Source: an uncultured Clostridia bacterium
GTDB lineage: Bacteria > Bacillota > Clostridia > Oscillospirales > Ruminococcaceae
Length of the DNA: 64,000 nucleotides
NCBI GenBank assembly: GCA_947589185.1
Contig: CANQCK010000002.1
Span: 60,925 to 124,924, forward strand
Direction: 5' to 3'
Positions 49,809-60,580 of this stretch are shown one piece after another (within the stretch, counting starts at the first letter, position 1; every line of letters starts with the position of its first letter). Below the pieces are notes generated by a model. That model did no database searches and was not told where the DNA came from. It saw only the letters and a list, made by a program, of their open reading frames with translations. Both the position numbers and the translations under genes were made by a program.

Positions 49809-51104
49809 ATGAGTTTGATATGGAGTGAAAATGTGCCATTCCCGTCGTTTCCGAAGTTGGACGGCAAGAAAAAGACCGATGTTCTTATAATCGGCGGAGG
49901 CTTAGCAGGAATTCTGTGTGCATATTTTCTCAAACAAAAGGGCGTTGACTATATCCTTGCCGAGGGAGGAAAAATCTGCGCTGGAACAACCGCAGGCACT
50001 ACCGCAAAAATAACCGCACAGCACGGTCTGATTTATCATAAACTGCTTAAGTCTCTGGGCAAAGAACAGTCTGCTATGTATCTTAAAGCTAATCTGTCTG
50101 CCTTATCTGAATACAATAAGCTATGCAAAAATTTTGACTGCGACTTTGAAATCAAAGATAACTACGTCTACTCTCTTGATGATTTATCTCTCCTTGAAAA
50201 GGAGTTCTCTGCTTTGTCAAGACTTGGTTTTAAGTCATACCTTGTAAAGAATGTTTCTCTTCCGTTTAAAACATCAGGAGCGGTAAAGTTTTCAAATCAG
50301 GCTCAATTTAACCCGCTTAAATTTGCAGCCGCAATTTGCAAAGACTTAAACATACTCGAAAACACCTTTGTCCGTGAAATAAGAAACAACAAAGCTCTTA
50401 CCGACAACGGAAAAATTGAGGCAAAAAAAATAATTACCGCAACACATTTTCCGTTTATGAACAAGCACGGAAGCTATTTTATAAAAATGTATCAGCACCG
50501 CTCATATGAAATTGCACTGGAAAACGCACCGCAGCTTAATGGTATGTATGTTGACGAAAGCAAGAAAGGGTTATCGTTCAGAAACTACGGAGAATACCTT
50601 CTTCTTGGAGGAGGCTCGCACCGTACAGGTAAAAAAGGCGGAAACTGGACAGAACTTAGAGATTTCGCATCAAGATATTACCCAAACGCTCACGAAAAAT
50701 ATTATTGGGCGGCACAGGATTGTATGAGCTTAGACGGTATTCCGTATATCGGGCATTACTCAAAACGGATGAATGACATTTATGTTGCCACAGGCTTTAA
50801 CAAATGGGGAATGACCTCCTCAATGGTATCTGCAATGCTATTAAGCAATATGGTAATCGGCAAAAAGCCCGATTGGGCAGAGGTTTTTGACCCATCGAGA
50901 AGTATTCTGAAACCTCAGCTTGCATTAAACTCCTTTGAAGCCGTCGTAAATCTTCTTACGCCCACCGCTAAACGATGTCCGCATCTCGGCTGTGCGTTAA
51001 AATGGAACAGTGCTGAACATTCATGGGACTGTCCATGTCACGGCTCAAGATTTTCCAAAGACGGTATATTGCTTGAAAATCCCTCGACAGGGAATCTGAA
51101 ATAA
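49809..51104 (+). CDS. FAD-dependent oxidoreductase with C-terminal Rieske 2Fe-2S domain
   Basis: VLIIGGGLAGI dinucleotide fold and CPHLGC...CPCHGS Rieske ligands. Confidence 0.8.
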   Translation: MSLIWSENVPFPSFPKLDGKKKTDVLIIGGGLAGILCAYFLKQKGVDYILAEGGKICAGTTAGTTAKITAQHGLIYHKLLKSLGKEQSAMYLKANLSALSEYNKLCKNFDCDFEIKDNYVYSLDDLSLLEKEFSALSRLGFKSYLVKNVSLPFKTSGAVKFSNQAQFNPLKFAAAICKDLNILENTFVREIRNNKALTDNGKIEAKKIITATHFPFMNKHGSYFIKMYQHRSYEIALENAPQLNGMYVDESKKGLSFRNYGEYLLLGGGSHRTGKKGGNWTELRDFASRYYPNAHEKYYWAAQDCMSLDGIPYIGHYSKRMNDIYVATGFNKWGMTSSMVSAMLLSNMVIGKKPDWAEVFDPSRSILKPQLALNSFEAVVNLLTPTAKRCPHLGCALKWNSAEHSWDCPCHGSRFSKDGILLENPSTGNLK

Positions 51105-51112
51105 AATACAAA

Positions 51113-51152
51113 AAGCCATACTGACTTAACTGTACAGTCGGTATGGCTTTAA
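51113..51152. terminator. bidirectional intrinsic terminator
   Basis: AAAGCCATACTGACT..AGTCGGTATGGCTTT. Confidence 0.75.
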
Positions 51153-51172
51153 TATATTAAATTATCTTCAAA

Positions 51173-52099
51173 TTATGAATTTACCTTTTCAAGTGCTTTC
51201 TCTAAAGTTTTCATATTCTCCACATTTGCAAATTCAACTTCTGTCAGCGTTTTTCTAACAAGCCCTGTCAGCACCTTATTAGGTCCAAGCTCTATAAACG
51301 TATTAAAACCTGCGTTTTTCATTTTTTCTAGCTCACTTGTAAACTTAACGGGAGAAACAATATGCTTTGCCAAAAGCTCCGGCATATTTGAAAAATCGGT
51401 CAGCTTGTCACCTGTAACATTGCTGTAGAAATCAATTACCGGCACATTAAAATCAACGTCTTTTATCTCCTCTTTAAACTCGTCTGCGGCAGGCTGCATT
51501 AGCTTTGAATGAAACGCCGACGCTACATTTAGCTTCATTGCCCTTGCCTTTTTCTCTGTAAATACCTCAACAGCTTTGTCAACAGCTTTGGCGTCCCCCG
51601 CAATAACCGTCTGAACAGATGAGTTGTAATTTACCGGCACAACATAACCTTCGATCGTTCCGCAAATCTCTTCAACCTCACCTGCCGATAAGCCTATAAT
51701 TGCACACATAGCACCGTCTGAATTCTCTGCCGCTTTCTGCATTGCTTCTGCTCTGGCTTTTATCACCCTAAAGCCGTCCTCAACGCTCAGCATACCCGAA
51801 CAGACCATTGCCGCATATTCGCCGAGAGAGTGTCCCGCAACTGCTCCGCATTTGATTCCATTTGCTTTCATAGCTTCTAAAGCACAAAGCGAGACCGCCA
51901 TAATAGCAGGCTGTGAAACGACAGTTTTGTTCAGTTTTGTATCAGGACCTTCAAAAACGATTTTGGCAAGGTCGTAGCCGAGAACCTCGCCGGCTGTCTT
52001 AAAAACAGACCTTGCACCGTCAAAGTTATCAAACAGCTCCTTTGCCATTCCTACATACTGCGAACCCTGCCCCGAGAACATAAATACATTTTCAGACAT
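51173..52099 (-). CDS. fabD: malonyl-CoA:ACP transacylase
   Basis: FSGQGSQ and GHSLGEY motifs. Confidence 0.92.
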   Translation of the reverse strand: MSENVFMFSGQGSQYVGMAKELFDNFDGARSVFKTAGEVLGYDLAKIVFEGPDTKLNKTVVSQPAIMAVSLCALEAMKANGIKCGAVAGHSLGEYAAMVCSGMLSVEDGFRVIKARAEAMQKAAENSDGAMCAIIGLSAGEVEEICGTIEGYVVPVNYNSSVQTVIAGDAKAVDKAVEVFTEKKARAMKLNVASAFHSKLMQPAADEFKEEIKDVDFNVPVIDFYSNVTGDKLTDFSNMPELLAKHIVSPVKFTSELEKMKNAGFNTFIELGPNKVLTGLVRKTLTEVEFANVENMKTLEKALEKVNS

Positions 52100-52158
52100 A
52101 AATTTACTCCTTGTCTTAATAAATCAGTAATCGTACACTTGTTATTAACAAAATAATG

Positions 52159-52187
52159 TTGACCTTTTTGCATAAAAATAGTATAAT
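52159..52187 (+). promoter_or_regulatory. putative fab promoter P1
   Basis: TTGACC-17 nt-TATAAT. Confidence 0.5.
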
Positions 52188-52224
52188 ATATAACATCAAT
52201 AATTCCTAAAGAAGTCAGAACAGC

Positions 52225-52253
52225 TTGACTGCTCAGCTTCACAGACGTATAAT
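52225..52253 (+). promoter_or_regulatory. putative fab promoter P2
   Basis: TTGACT-17 nt-TATAAT. Confidence 0.5.
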
Positions 52254-52383
52254 AGCGGTTTATATCTGTCGGGAATTGCGTCAGCTTTTTATTGTGAGAG
52301 TTGGCTTTTGTTAATTTAATGTACAATTTAGATTATATCATTTTTATAAAATTTTTTCAATATGAAAGAGAGAGGAATTTTAT

Positions 52384-53379
52384 ATGACCGGTGTAAACAT
52401 CATTGGTGCAGGTAAATACGTTCCCGATTTAGTTTTAACAAACGAAATGTTATCTCAGATCGTTGATACAAACGATGAATGGATCACAACAAGAACAGGA
52501 ATAAAATCCAGACACATCACAAACGGTGAGCCTACTTTTCATCTTGGCGTTATGTCTGCTAAAGAGGCTATTAAAGACGCAGGCATCGATCCAAAAGACA
52601 TCGGTTTGATAATTGTTACAACCATTACAAATGACTTTTCCACGCCGTCAGTTGCCTGTCTTATTCAAAGAGAAATCGGAGCAATAGGGTCTATGGCGAT
52701 TGATATAAACTGTGCGTGTGCGGGCTTTGTTTATGCCTTTGATATGGCAAAAAGATATTTAGAAACAGATAAGAATTTAAAGTATGTTTTGGTAGTTTCG
52801 GCTGAGGAGCTTTCTAAAATTACCGATTATACCGACCGTTCAACCTGCGTTTTGTTCGGGGACGGTGCGGCGGCGGTCGTTTTAGAACGGGATGAAAACA
52901 AAATATTCTCAAGCTATCTCGGTGCTGACGGAACAGGAGCAGAATATCTTCTCGCAAGAAGCTATAATTCAGAAACGCCGTTCACCACAAATTTTAATAG
53001 GTTTGATGATAAAATGCCTGACGGCAACAGTCATTATCTATTCCAAAACGGCAAAGAGGTCTATAAATTTGCCACAAAAACATTGCCGGTTGCAGTTAAG
53101 GAATCATGTAAAAAAATCGGTTTAGCTCCTGACGAATTAGATGTTATTATTCCGCATCAGGCAAATGTAAGAATAATAGAAACAGCCGCTAAAAATCTCG
53201 GCATTTCTATGGACAAGTTTTATATAAATCTCCAAAATCACGGAAACACTTCAAGTGCATCTATTCCGCTTGCCTTATACGACGCCATAAAAGACGGAAG
53301 TCTGAAAAGGGGAGATAAGGCTTGTATAGTAGGCTTCGGTGCAGGACTTACCTACGGCGGAATTGTATTTGAATTTTAA
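52384..53379 (+). CDS. fabH: 3-oxoacyl-ACP synthase III
   Basis: DINCACAGF active-site Cys region, HQAN and GNTSSAS. Confidence 0.92.
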   Translation: MTGVNIIGAGKYVPDLVLTNEMLSQIVDTNDEWITTRTGIKSRHITNGEPTFHLGVMSAKEAIKDAGIDPKDIGLIIVTTITNDFSTPSVACLIQREIGAIGSMAIDINCACAGFVYAFDMAKRYLETDKNLKYVLVVSAEELSKITDYTDRSTCVLFGDGAAAVVLERDENKIFSSYLGADGTGAEYLLARSYNSETPFTTNFNRFDDKMPDGNSHYLFQNGKEVYKFATKTLPVAVKESCKKIGLAPDELDVIIPHQANVRIIETAAKNLGISMDKFYINLQNHGNTSSASIPLALYDAIKDGSLKRGDKACIVGFGAGLTYGGIVFEF

Positions 53380-53413
53380 GTTCAGTTAAAAATCTAACGA
53401 AAAGAGGGAATTT

Positions 53414-54343
53414 ATGAATACTAAAATCACCGAGCTTCTGGGCATAAAATACCCAATAATTCAGGGCGGTATGGCTTGGATAGCAGAGTCAACCCTTGCT
53501 TCTGCCGTTTCCAACGCAGGAGGATTGGGACTTATTGCAGGCGGTTCTGCCCCTATAGACTATTTAAGAGAGCAAATAAGAAAAACTAAAGAAAATGTAA
53601 ACGGCAAGCCATTCGGAGTAAATGTTATGCTTATGTCTCCTAATGCAGAGGATCTGGCTAAACTCGTTATAGAGGAAAAAGTTCCTGTCGTTACGACCGG
53701 AGCCGGAAATCCTGGTAAATTTATTGAGTCTTGGAAAGAGGCTAGAATAAAGGTTATCCCGGTAGTTCCGTCGGTCGCTCTTGCAAAGAGAATGGAGCGT
53801 ATGGGTGCAGACGCTGTTGTAGCCGAAGGTACAGAATCAGGCGGTCATATCGGAGAAAACACAACAATGTGTCTGGTTCCGCAGGTAGTTGACGGAGTAG
53901 ATATACCTGTTATCGCAGCGGGTGGAATCGCAGACGGCAGGGGAATTGCTGCGTCAATAATGCTGGGTGCGGAAGGCGTTCAGGTCGGAACACGTTTTCT
54001 GGCAGCAGAAGAATGTCAGATACACCCGACATACAAAGAGCTTATTGTAAAAGCTAAGGATACCGACAGCATTGTTACCGGCAGAACAACAGGTCACCCT
54101 TGCAGAAATGTTAAAACAAAGTTTTCAAAGCAGCTTGCTTCGGGTGAGAAAAACGGAAGTATTACTCCCGAAGAATTTGAAGAGATCACTCTCGGTTCGC
54201 TAAGAAAAGCCGTTCAGGACGGAAATCTTGATGAAGGCTCGTTCTTATGCGGAGCTATCGCAGGTATGATAACGGAAGTCAAGACCTGTAAGGAAATTAT
54301 AGAGGAGATGTTCTCACAGGCTGAGAGCCTGCTGAATGAATAG
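53414..54343 (+). CDS. fabK: enoyl-ACP reductase FabK (FMN, NPD family)
   Basis: YPIIQGGMAW and ESGGHIG; located inside the fab cluster. Confidence 0.85.
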   Translation: MNTKITELLGIKYPIIQGGMAWIAESTLASAVSNAGGLGLIAGGSAPIDYLREQIRKTKENVNGKPFGVNVMLMSPNAEDLAKLVIEEKVPVVTTGAGNPGKFIESWKEARIKVIPVVPSVALAKRMERMGADAVVAEGTESGGHIGENTTMCLVPQVVDGVDIPVIAAGGIADGRGIAASIMLGAEGVQVGTRFLAAEECQIHPTYKELIVKAKDTDSIVTGRTTGHPCRNVKTKFSKQLASGEKNGSITPEEFEEITLGSLRKAVQDGNLDEGSFLCGAIAGMITEVKTCKEIIEEMFSQAESLLNE

Positions 54344-54391
54344 TCATTACTTATTTTAAGTATTATAGAGTGATAAACGGAGGATAAATAT

Positions 54392-55132
54392 ATGGCAACG
54401 GCAATAGTTACAGGTGCTTCTCAAGGAATAGGTGCCTGCATAATAAAAAGACTGGCAAATGACGGCTTCGACTGTGTAGTCAACTGTTACCCGAGCGAAA
54501 ATGATAAGACCAACGCAGAGGCGGTAAAAGCAGAATGTGAAAGCTTCGGCGTTAAGACAGCAGTTTACCCCTGCGACGTTTCAAAGTATGACGACTGCGA
54601 AAAAATGGTCAAGGATATAAAGGCAGAGTTCGGCACAATTGACGTTTTGGTAAACAACGCAGGTATTACTAAAGACGGTCTTCTTGCCCGTATGAGCGAG
54701 GAACAGTATGACGCTGTAATTACAGTAAATCAGAAAAGTGTGTTTAATATGATGAAGCATGTCGGCTCTGTTATGATGCGTCAGAGAAGCGGAAAGGTTG
54801 TAAACCTTGCTTCTGTTGCAGGTCTTTACGGTAACCCCGGACAATTTAACTATTCAGCGTCAAAAGCGGCTATTATCGGTATGACCAAAACTGCCGCTAA
54901 AGAACTTGGTTCAAGAGGCGTAAATGTAAATGCCGTTGCACCCGGATTTATCAAAACTCCGATGACCGACGCTTTAACAGAAGAACAGCGAAATGCTATG
55001 CTTTCTGTAATAGCTATGAAAAGATACGGAACTGTCGATGAAATTGCAGGAGTTGTTTCTTTCTTAGTTTCAGATGACGCAAGCTACGTAACAGGACAGG
55101 TTATTGAAATAAGCGGCGGACTTTCTATGTAG
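54392..55132 (+). CDS. fabG: 3-oxoacyl-ACP reductase
   Basis: SDR family with TGASQGIG, NNAG and YSASK. Confidence 0.92.
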   Translation: MATAIVTGASQGIGACIIKRLANDGFDCVVNCYPSENDKTNAEAVKAECESFGVKTAVYPCDVSKYDDCEKMVKDIKAEFGTIDVLVNNAGITKDGLLARMSEEQYDAVITVNQKSVFNMMKHVGSVMMRQRSGKVVNLASVAGLYGNPGQFNYSASKAAIIGMTKTAAKELGSRGVNVNAVAPGFIKTPMTDALTEEQRNAMLSVIAMKRYGTVDEIAGVVSFLVSDDASYVTGQVIEISGGLSM

Positions 55133-55177
55133 TGCAGAACCGCATATGAAGTTTGCAAAGAAAGGATTTATAAATAA

Positions 55178-56413
55178 ATGAGAAGAGTAGTTATCACAGG
55201 AATGGGAACAAAAAATCCTCTCGGTTTAAGCGTTGAGGAGTTTTGGAATAATATCAAAGCAAACAAGCTGGGTTTTTCTTTTGTTGACCAGTTTGATGCG
55301 ACTGATTTTCCTATCAAGGTTGTCGGTGCAGTAAAGAATTTCGACCCTCTTGACTATTTTGAGAAAAAAGAAGCAAGAAAGCTGTGCAGATTTACTCAGT
55401 TTGCTGTTTCATCTGCAAAAGACGCTTTAAACGATGCTGAAACCGACTTCAAAGACTTAGACCCTTTCAGAGTAGGAGTTATAATTGGAGCCGGTATCGG
55501 AGGTCTTGAAGAAACCGAAACTCAGCATCAAAGATTTTTAGAAAAAGGTCCTGACAGAATTTCTGTCTTCTATGTTCCTATGATGATTGGAAATATGGCG
55601 GCAGGAGAGGTCGCAATGAGAACGGGCTTTAAAGGCGATAACTTCTGTACGACGACCGCCTGTGCGTCGTCTACTCACGCTATCGGAGAGGCTTTCAGAA
55701 AGGTTAAAGACGGCTATCTCGATGCTTGCTTATGCGGCGGAACAGAGGCTTGTATTACAAAATTCTCCCTTGCAGGCTTTAACAATATGAAAGCTCTTTC
55801 AAAAGCAACCGAACTTGATAAAGCGTCCACGCCTTTCGACGCTGAAAGACAAGGTTTTGTTTTGGGCGAGGGCTGCGGCATTTTAGTTCTTGAGGAGCTT
55901 GAACACGCAAAGGCAAGAGGTGCAAAAATCTATGCTGAGATCGCAGGCTACGGTGCAACTGGCGACGCTTATCATATGACGAGTCCAGACCCTGAGGGAG
56001 AGGGCGCTGCGAGAGCTATGGTAAACAGCTTTAATGAGGCAGGCTTGACCGCTTCTGATATTAACTATATCAATGCTCACGGAACTTCAACAGGTCTTAA
56101 CGACAAATATGAAACAAAGGCTATCAAAAAGGCTCTTGGCGAAAGTGCCGATAATGTTGTAATAAATTCAACAAAGTCAATGATAGGTCATCTGCTTGGT
56201 GCAGCCGGTGCTGTTGAGGCAATTATCACAGCGTTGTCAGTGCGTGATGATTTTGTTCACAGAACTATGGGATATAAAACTCCCGACCCTGAATGTGATT
56301 TGAATTATGCAGTTGACGGCAATAAAGAAATGACCGTTAATGCCGCTCTTTCAAATTCGCTCGGATTCGGCGGACATAACGCTACAATTTGTATAAAAAA
56401 GTTTAAAGACTGA
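55178..56413 (+). CDS. fabF: 3-oxoacyl-ACP synthase II
   Basis: RVVITGMG, ACASS, the HGTST-type His region and GFGGHNA. Confidence 0.92.
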   Translation: MRRVVITGMGTKNPLGLSVEEFWNNIKANKLGFSFVDQFDATDFPIKVVGAVKNFDPLDYFEKKEARKLCRFTQFAVSSAKDALNDAETDFKDLDPFRVGVIIGAGIGGLEETETQHQRFLEKGPDRISVFYVPMMIGNMAAGEVAMRTGFKGDNFCTTTACASSTHAIGEAFRKVKDGYLDACLCGGTEACITKFSLAGFNNMKALSKATELDKASTPFDAERQGFVLGEGCGILVLEELEHAKARGAKIYAEIAGYGATGDAYHMTSPDPEGEGAARAMVNSFNEAGLTASDINYINAHGTSTGLNDKYETKAIKKALGESADNVVINSTKSMIGHLLGAAGAVEAIITALSVRDDFVHRTMGYKTPDPECDLNYAVDGNKEMTVNAALSNSLGFGGHNATICIKKFKD

Positions 56414-56467
56414 TCATAAAAAGCAGAGCTTACAGGCTTAACTTCTATAAGAACGGAGGATCATATA

Positions 56468-56920
56468 ATGAGCAAACAAATAGGCAGCGGCTTTGAGATT
56501 GACGACTTAAACGCCATTGCAAAGATAATTAAAGACAACGATTTAGGAAAAATTAAAATCAAGAACGGAGAATGTGAGATTTGCGTTGAGGCAAGAACTT
56601 GTTCTGCTTCCCCGATAGTAAATGCTGCTCCGTCGGTTATTGTATCTGATGAAACATCTGCTGAGACAGCCCAAACAGCTGAAAGCGGAAACGTATGCAA
56701 ATCACCTATTGTGGGAACTTTCTATGCAGCTTCTGCTCCTGACAAAGAGCCTTTTGTATCTGTGGGCAGTCAGGTTCACAAGGGAGACGTTATTTACATC
56801 ATTGAATCAATGAAGGTAATGAGCGAGGTTACAAGCGAATTCGACGGCAAAGTAAAAGAAATCTGCGTAAACAACGGCGACGCTGTAGAGTTCAATCAGC
56901 CGATTATGATAATAGAATAA
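56468..56920 (+). CDS. accB: biotin carboxyl carrier protein
   Basis: C-terminal biotinyl domain with ESMKVM. Confidence 0.9.
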   Translation: MSKQIGSGFEIDDLNAIAKIIKDNDLGKIKIKNGECEICVEARTCSASPIVNAAPSVIVSDETSAETAQTAESGNVCKSPIVGTFYAASAPDKEPFVSVGSQVHKGDVIYIIESMKVMSEVTSEFDGKVKEICVNNGDAVEFNQPIMIIE

Positions 56921-56950
56921 CAATCAATTTGATTGCCGAAAGGAAAATTT

Positions 56951-57382
56951 ATGGCAGTAGTATTAAACAAAGAGCAGATAAAAGAAATAATCCCTCACAG
57001 AGACCCGTTTTTACTTATCGACGAAGTAAACGAGCTTGACGTCGGAAAACGAGTTAAAGCCACAAAATATATCAAGGAAGACGACTTCTGGTTTAAAGGG
57101 CATTTCCCTGAATACCCGGTCACGCCTGGTGTTTTGATGGTTGAAATGCTTGCTCAGGCAGGAGCTGTTGCACTTTTATCGCTCCCGGAAAACAAGGGAA
57201 AAATCGGTCTTTTCGGGGGAATTAACAACTGCAAGTTCCGGCAGCAGGTCGTTCCGGGTGACACTCTGGAGCTTGAAGTTGAAATAATCAAGGTAAGAGG
57301 TCCTTTAGGGGTCGGAAAAGGAATTGCCACAGTAAACGGCAAGAAGGCTGTTTCCTGTGAAATCACTTTTGCTATAAAATAA
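56951..57382 (+). CDS. fabZ: 3-hydroxyacyl-ACP dehydratase
   Basis: PHRDPFLLID and HFPEYPVTPGVL. Confidence 0.92.
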   Translation: MAVVLNKEQIKEIIPHRDPFLLIDEVNELDVGKRVKATKYIKEDDFWFKGHFPEYPVTPGVLMVEMLAQAGAVALLSLPENKGKIGLFGGINNCKFRQQVVPGDTLELEVEIIKVRGPLGVGKGIATVNGKKAVSCEITFAIK

Positions 57383-57397
57383 AACTGGAGACTTTAT

Positions 57398-58747
57398 ATG
57401 ATTAAAAAGGTTCTTATAGCGAACAGAGGAGAAATAGCTGTTCGAATAATTCGTGCTTGCAGAGAGCTTGGAATAGCTACTGTTGCCGTTTATTCAACGG
57501 GAGATTCAAACGCACTCCATGCAAAAATTGCAGACGAAGCAGTTTGTATAGGCCCTGCATCGAGTGCAGAAAGCTATCTGAATATGCGTGCTATAATATC
57601 CGCCTGTGAAATTACAGGTGCAGACGCAATTCATCCGGGCTTTGGCTTTTTATCTGAAAACGCAAACTTTGCAAGAACTTGTGAAAAATGCGGTATAACC
57701 TTTATAGGTCCAAAGCCTGAATCTATAGAAATGCTCGGAGATAAGGCTCAGGCAAAGGAAACTATGAAAAAAGCAGACGTTCCCGTAATACTAGGCTCTG
57801 ACGGTGCTGTTAAGGATATGAACTCTGCAGTAAACCTTGCTCGGGAAATAGGCTATCCTGTTATGGTTAAGGCGTCTGCCGGCGGCGGCGGAAGAGGAAT
57901 TCGTATAGTAAGAGAAGAATCCGAGCTTGAAACGCAGATCACAGCCGCTAAAACCGAAGCAATGGCTTGCTTTGGAAATGACGAGATTTATATTGAGAAG
58001 TTTATAGAAAACCCAAAGCATATCGAAATTCAAATTCTCGCTGATAATTACGGTAATGTTATACACCTTGGCGAAAGAGACTGTTCTATGCAAAGACGCA
58101 ATCAAAAAGTGTTAGAGGAAACACCGTCGCCTGTTATGACAAAAGAGCTTCGTGAGAAAATGGGTGCATCAGCTGTTGCGGCGGCAAAGGTATGCGGCTA
58201 CAGAAATGCGGGAACGATTGAATTTTTAGTCGATAAAGACTTAAACTATTATTTTATGGAGATGAATACTCGAATTCAGGTTGAGCACCCTATTACAGAG
58301 GCTGTTACGGGCATAGACTTAGTAAGACAGCAGCTTCTTATCGCCTCAGGTAAAGAGCTTGACATAAAACAGGAAGACGTACACTTGACAGGCCATGCAA
58401 TTGAGTGTAGAATTAATGCAGAAAATCCTGAACAGAATTTCCGTCCGTCGCCCGGAGTAATAAATTCGTTACATATCCCGGGAGGACTTGGAATAAGAGT
58501 TGACAGTGCAGTTTATCAGGGATATGAGATTCCGCCGTATTATGATTCAATGATAGCAAAGCTAATTTGCTTCGGACCTGACAGAGAAAGTGCTATTGCA
58601 AAAATGAAGTGGGCACTTTCTGAATTTATCGTTGACGGCGTATCTACAAATATTGACTTTCAGCTTAAACTTATCCGCAGAAAAGAATTTTTAGACGGCA
58701 GTTACGACAATGGTTTTCTGGGAAGAGTTGATATTTTAAAGGATTAA
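57398..58747 (+). CDS. accC: biotin carboxylase
   Basis: KVLIANRGEIA, an ATP-grasp domain and EMNTRIQVEH. Confidence 0.93.
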   Translation: MIKKVLIANRGEIAVRIIRACRELGIATVAVYSTGDSNALHAKIADEAVCIGPASSAESYLNMRAIISACEITGADAIHPGFGFLSENANFARTCEKCGITFIGPKPESIEMLGDKAQAKETMKKADVPVILGSDGAVKDMNSAVNLAREIGYPVMVKASAGGGGRGIRIVREESELETQITAAKTEAMACFGNDEIYIEKFIENPKHIEIQILADNYGNVIHLGERDCSMQRRNQKVLEETPSPVMTKELREKMGASAVAAAKVCGYRNAGTIEFLVDKDLNYYFMEMNTRIQVEHPITEAVTGIDLVRQQLLIASGKELDIKQEDVHLTGHAIECRINAENPEQNFRPSPGVINSLHIPGGLGIRVDSAVYQGYEIPPYYDSMIAKLICFGPDRESAIAKMKWALSEFIVDGVSTNIDFQLKLIRRKEFLDGSYDNGFLGRVDILKD

Positions 58748-58799
58748 TAATGCTTAACTTTTTATACGCATTGATATATCTGAGGAAGGGAGATTTTTT

Positions 58800-59687
58800 A
58801 TGCTTGAAGATTTGTTTTCAGTGGTAAAAACAAGATTCAACGGAGCTGAATCAAATGCCTCAAATGTAAAAAAAGATGTAAAAACAGATATTCCAAAAGA
58901 TTTGCTTTTTAAGTGTCCCAGATGCTCTAATGTGACATTTATGGACGACTTTATAGGTAATGCAAAAGTTTGTCCAAAATGCAATTATCATTCGAGGATC
59001 TCGGCTAAAGAACGTATTGATATGACAGTTGATAAGGGCAGTCTTATTGAATTTGACAAAAATATGACTTCTAAAAACCCTATCGACTTTCAGGATTATG
59101 AGCAAAAACAGGAAAGCATTCGTGAAAAGACAGGTCTTAAAGACGCAATTATAACGGGAGAGGCGACTATACGCGGCGACAGAGTTGTAATTGCTGTAAT
59201 GGATTCAAGATATATGATGGCTTCTATGGGAAGCGTTGTCGGTGAAAAACTTACCCGTGCATTTGAGTTTGCAACAGAAAACAAACTTCCTGTAATTGTG
59301 TTTACCGCATCCGGCGGTGCGAGAATGCAGGAGGGCACAGTTTCTCTTATGCAGATGGCTAAGACAAGCGGTGCTGTAGCCCGTCACAACGAGGCAGGGC
59401 TTTTATATATCACTGTTATGACCGATCCTACGACCGGCGGAGTAACTGCTTCTTTCGCATCACTTGGCGATATTATCATTGCCGAACCGAAGGTTCTTAT
59501 AGGGTTTGCCGGAAGACGCGTAATTGAGGGAACAATAAAACAGAGACTTCCCAATGATTTTCAGTCTGCTGAGTTTTTAATGGAAAAGGGCTTTGTTGAT
59601 ATGATTATCGACAGAAAGAAAATAAGAAGAACACTTTCTCACTTGTTAAAGCTGCATCAGAGCAAAGGAGGCGTTGCCGATGAATAA
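58800..59687 (+). CDS. accD: acetyl-CoA carboxylase carboxyltransferase beta
   Basis: N-terminal zinc ribbon CPRC..CPKC and SGGARMQEG. Confidence 0.92.
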   Translation: MLEDLFSVVKTRFNGAESNASNVKKDVKTDIPKDLLFKCPRCSNVTFMDDFIGNAKVCPKCNYHSRISAKERIDMTVDKGSLIEFDKNMTSKNPIDFQDYEQKQESIREKTGLKDAIITGEATIRGDRVVIAVMDSRYMMASMGSVVGEKLTRAFEFATENKLPVIVFTASGGARMQEGTVSLMQMAKTSGAVARHNEAGLLYITVMTDPTTGGVTASFASLGDIIIAEPKVLIGFAGRRVIEGTIKQRLPNDFQSAEFLMEKGFVDMIIDRKKIRRTLSHLLKLHQSKGGVADE

Positions 59688-60492
59688 CCTGCCTGCAAGC
59701 GAACGCCTTGATATAGTAAGAAACAAGTTCCGCCCCACCGTGAGAGACTATATACCGATGATATTTGACGACTTCTTTGAAATGCACGGTGACAGATATT
59801 ACGGCGACGACGGTGCAATTATCGGAGGAATCGGTTATTTCAACGGAACTCCTGTAACTGTTATCGCACAAGTAAAGGGTCGAAATATAGAAGAAAATAA
59901 AGCCTCAAACTTTTCTATGCCCCATCCTGAGGGATACAGAAAGGCTTTAAGGCTTGCTCATCAGGCGGAAAAATTCCACAGACCTCTTATCTGTCTTATC
60001 GACACACCCGGTGCATTCTGCGGTGTAGAAGCAGAGGAACGAGGTCAGGGAGAGGCAATTGCCAAAAACCTGATGGAATTTATGACGCTTAAAACCCCCG
60101 TATTTTCCATAGTTTTGGGCGAGGGCGGAAGCGGAGGAGCTTTAGCTTTGGGTGTCTGCGACGAATTGGCTATGCTGTCTAATGCTCTCTATTCGGTGAT
60201 TTCACCGAGAGGATTTGCTTCAATTCTTTGGAAAGACGCAACCCGTGAGCGTGAAGCGTGCGACATTATGAAAATCACTGCCGAAGATTTGAAAAATTTG
60301 AACATATGCGATTATATTATTGAAGAGCCTGAAGGCGGTGCACATAATAACCCTGATTTAGTTGCTGAAAATATAAGTAATTATTTGTGTGACGCTTTTA
60401 AAAGAAATTTGCAAAAACCTATTGACGAATTACTTAATGATAGGTATACTAAGTTTAGGAAAATCGGTGAATTTGAGGAAAACCAGAACTAA
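59674..60492 (+). CDS. accA: acetyl-CoA carboxylase carboxyltransferase alpha
   Basis: IDTPGAFCG and GEGGSGGALA. Confidence 0.92.
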   Translation: MPMNNLPASERLDIVRNKFRPTVRDYIPMIFDDFFEMHGDRYYGDDGAIIGGIGYFNGTPVTVIAQVKGRNIEENKASNFSMPHPEGYRKALRLAHQAEKFHRPLICLIDTPGAFCGVEAEERGQGEAIAKNLMEFMTLKTPVFSIVLGEGGSGGALALGVCDELAMLSNALYSVISPRGFASILWKDATREREACDIMKITAEDLKNLNICDYIIEEPEGGAHNNPDLVAENISNYLCDAFKRNLQKPIDELLNDRYTKFRKIGEFEENQN

Positions 60493-60580
60493 CCAAAAAA
60501 GGTTATGGCGGGTAAGCTGAATATTACAGCTTAATTCCCGAAATAATAGACATATCTTTAAAAAGGAGGTTGTTTTTCAC

